Positions 61,974 to 64,000 of a DNA stretch of 64,000 nucleotides are shown here, piece by piece. The DNA comes from Macrostomum lignano (lineage: Eukaryota), in the NCBI GenBank assembly GCA_002269645.1, contig NIVC01000640.1, positions 434,526-498,525 on the forward strand, read 5' to 3'. The position numbers and the translations under genes were made by a program. The notes beneath the pieces were generated by a model. The model worked only from the letters and a program-made list of their open reading frames with translations. It had not been told where the DNA came from and searched no databases. How positions within the stretch are numbered: position 1 is the stretch's first letter; every line of letters starts with the position of its first letter.

Positions 61974-63300
61974 GCCAAGCGCAGTCTTTGGCGTCAGGCC
62001 GTCCAGGAGCTTATTGATGCAACGCTGAAAGCTGCCTGGACTATCGTGGAGACCATCGGTAGAACATTGAAACAGAATTGTCCGCGGTCAATCACAGAGA
62101 ACGCCGTCAGGTGCTGATCGCAGTCGCGCAGGGGATCTGCCAGAATCCTTGAGCGAGATCCAAGCTAGAGTACCACTGGGCACACGCAGCTTCGCGAAGG
62201 TCTCCTGAATGTGCGGCAGCGGGTACGGGTGGTACACACACTTGTCGTTGAGAGCTCTGAAGTCATGCACCAGCCTGATGTTGCCGTCCTTCTTGGGCAC
62301 TATCAGCATTGGCGAGTTGTAGCTAGAATAAGCGGGCGAATGATGTGCTTCGCCAGCATCTCGTCTAGCAGGCGTCTAGCTTGTCCTTCAGATGAGGCGG
62401 GATCCTGCGCGGTGGTAGCGCAACTGGTGTCCGATCCTTCAGGATGATCTCGTGGGTCACCAGGTGTGTCAGGCCAGCGTCTAGCAGATGCTTCGAGAAG
62501 GCTGCTTGACACTCAACTAGTAGATCTCGCACTCTCTGTCGTTGATCTTCGGACAGCTCGCTGTTGATCTCGACTTCCTCTAGCCAAGCTGTGCTGGACT
62601 CTTCAGGGCTCCTTGGCAAATGTCGCACTTCAGGTTCCGGCGTCTCTTCCAGGTACATCAGGTCGGCAGTTCTAAGTGGTGTCGCAACACCAACGCGGAT
62701 GCCCGACTGCAGGAACACCTCGCAGTCAGCAGTGTTGACGACCTCGATGTAGCCTCGACCTTCAGGCATCGTCATCAGAGCTGGAGCTGCTTCCAGAGTG
62801 TTGCAGCTGGGGTGCAGTCTCGACTTCACCAGCTCGACGATTGATGGCGATCCTCGGTTCTCGGGTGGCCGACATCCAACTGGACGGCCAACAGCGCTGA
62901 GCTTCTCGGCGGCAGAGTGCACTTCTCGGAGGTGTACACCCGGCATGATTGAAGCTCACGGCGCGAATATCGAACGGGAATGCACGCGCCATTGTTGAAC
63001 TTTAGCATTCCTTGAGCGAAGTCCAAGTTCTGGCAGTGCTCACGCATGAAATTAATACCAAGCAAATTTTCACAATCGGTGACCGTGACCAGGAATTCGG
63101 TGTCCGCGACGACATCACCGAACTCCACCGGGATGATCACCTTACACGCAAGGGTAGCTGCGTACCGTCGTACATGGTCACGCAATCCGGGATAGCATGC
63201 GATATAATACAACGAGGCATCCGACGTCTAACATTGGCCCAGGTCGACGCTCCAAGAAAGTTTTTCCGACTGCCGCTGTCTAGTAGGAAAGGGACTTCTC
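61971..63300 (-). pseudogene. pol: Gypsy protease and N-terminal RT, broken by several frameshifts
   Basis: MLDVG near 63230, LLGINFM near 63050, GLTHLVTHEI...PVALPPRRIP, IVPKKDGNIRLVHDFRALN and YPLPHIQE lie in different frames. Confidence 0.8.
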
Positions 63301-63394
63301 GGCCCGCCAATCGGCCGGTGACGTACGGATCGGCCTCACGCGCATGGATTTTTGATCATCGGAGGTGTCACGAAACCTCCGGGCTCCGCGCCAC

Positions 63395-64000
63395 TTACTG
63401 ACGAGCGACTGTCGGACTGGGCATTGGCGCCTGCGCAGCCGACATCCTCTTCTTCTCGTGACCTCTCGGAGTCTGCCAAGTAGCCGCGGGCTTGGGCTCT
63501 TCGGAGGGCGGTGCCGGGGCGCTCTCCGGCTGGCCGTTTCCCTGGTTCTGGCGGAGCGGGCATTGGGCGTTACGGTGGCCTGGCTGACCACAGCCATAGC
63601 AGATCATGGCCTTCGTCGGCGGGCTCGTCTGCTTGCTGCTGATCACGCTGAGCCAAGTCGCTGAGCAGCTTCTGCTGCTTCTCGAGTACTTCGGTCAAAG
63701 CCAACAGGGCTTGGGCAGTGGCGTCTGATATCGGGCGCGAGCGTCCTGCTCCCCGTCCAACATTCTAACCGGGGGTTGAGCGGAGCGCTGGGCCAGCTCT
63801 CTGGCACCTTCTAGACGGTGCAGCTCTCGAATTGCGGCAAGCAAGTTTGTTTTGGGCGCACCCAATACAGTCGTTCTCGCAAATCTGGGGTTGTCCGCAG
63901 GCGGCAAGGAACTGATCAGCCAGCTCCTTCTCGCGGTCCTCGGGATGCATCCTCGGGTATGCACGCTCTCCTAGGGTGCGGCAGCGAATCAGCGTACTCT
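63395..64000 (-). pseudogene. gag: Gypsy gag C-terminus with zinc knuckle, frameshifted
   Basis: CYGCGQPGHRNAQC at 63601-63560. Gag-like text is split over three reading frames. Confidence 0.7.

Larger units (their letters stand above)
55428..64000 (-). mobile_element. Ty3/Gypsy LTR retrotransposon (gag-PR-RT-RH-IN order); 5' end runs out of the window
   Basis: CCHC knuckle, RT YMDD, RNase H LDTDAS, integrase HHCC and DDE after RT/RH, polypurine tract and TG...CA LTR. Confidence 0.95.

Overview
Eukaryotic (metazoan) genomic DNA with GT-AG introns, GC-rich and polyQ-rich exons, and a different minisatellite in most long introns (about 24 kb of tandem repeat by hand tally). This architecture suggests a flatworm such as Macrostomum, which is an inference only. 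I assembled five spliced genes by eye, with intron phases consistent throughout. On the + strand is an Lhx2/9 (apterous) LIM-homeobox gene, 5' part not found. On the - strand are four co-oriented genes: an MFSD4-like MFS transporter (5' part missing), a glutaminase-ankyrin protein, a CUPID/DUF3338 scaffold without a FERM domain, and a TTL/TTLL-family protein. The right end is a Ty3/Gypsy retrotransposon whose 3' LTR is followed by a second tRNA-Leu primer-binding site. There is also an 830-bp TGT...ACA insertion with a 4-bp TSD and three tRNA-headed SINE copies. The main highlight is that the glutaminase keeps an intact multi-exon ORF and ankyrin tail but has lost essentially all catalytic residues (SxxK reads DCSQ). 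The TTLL two genes downstream also has a degenerate active site, so both are candidate pseudoenzymes in a possibly trans-spliced, operon-like cluster. All homology calls are by-eye motif recognition and residue numbers are recalled from the human enzymes; no searches were run.
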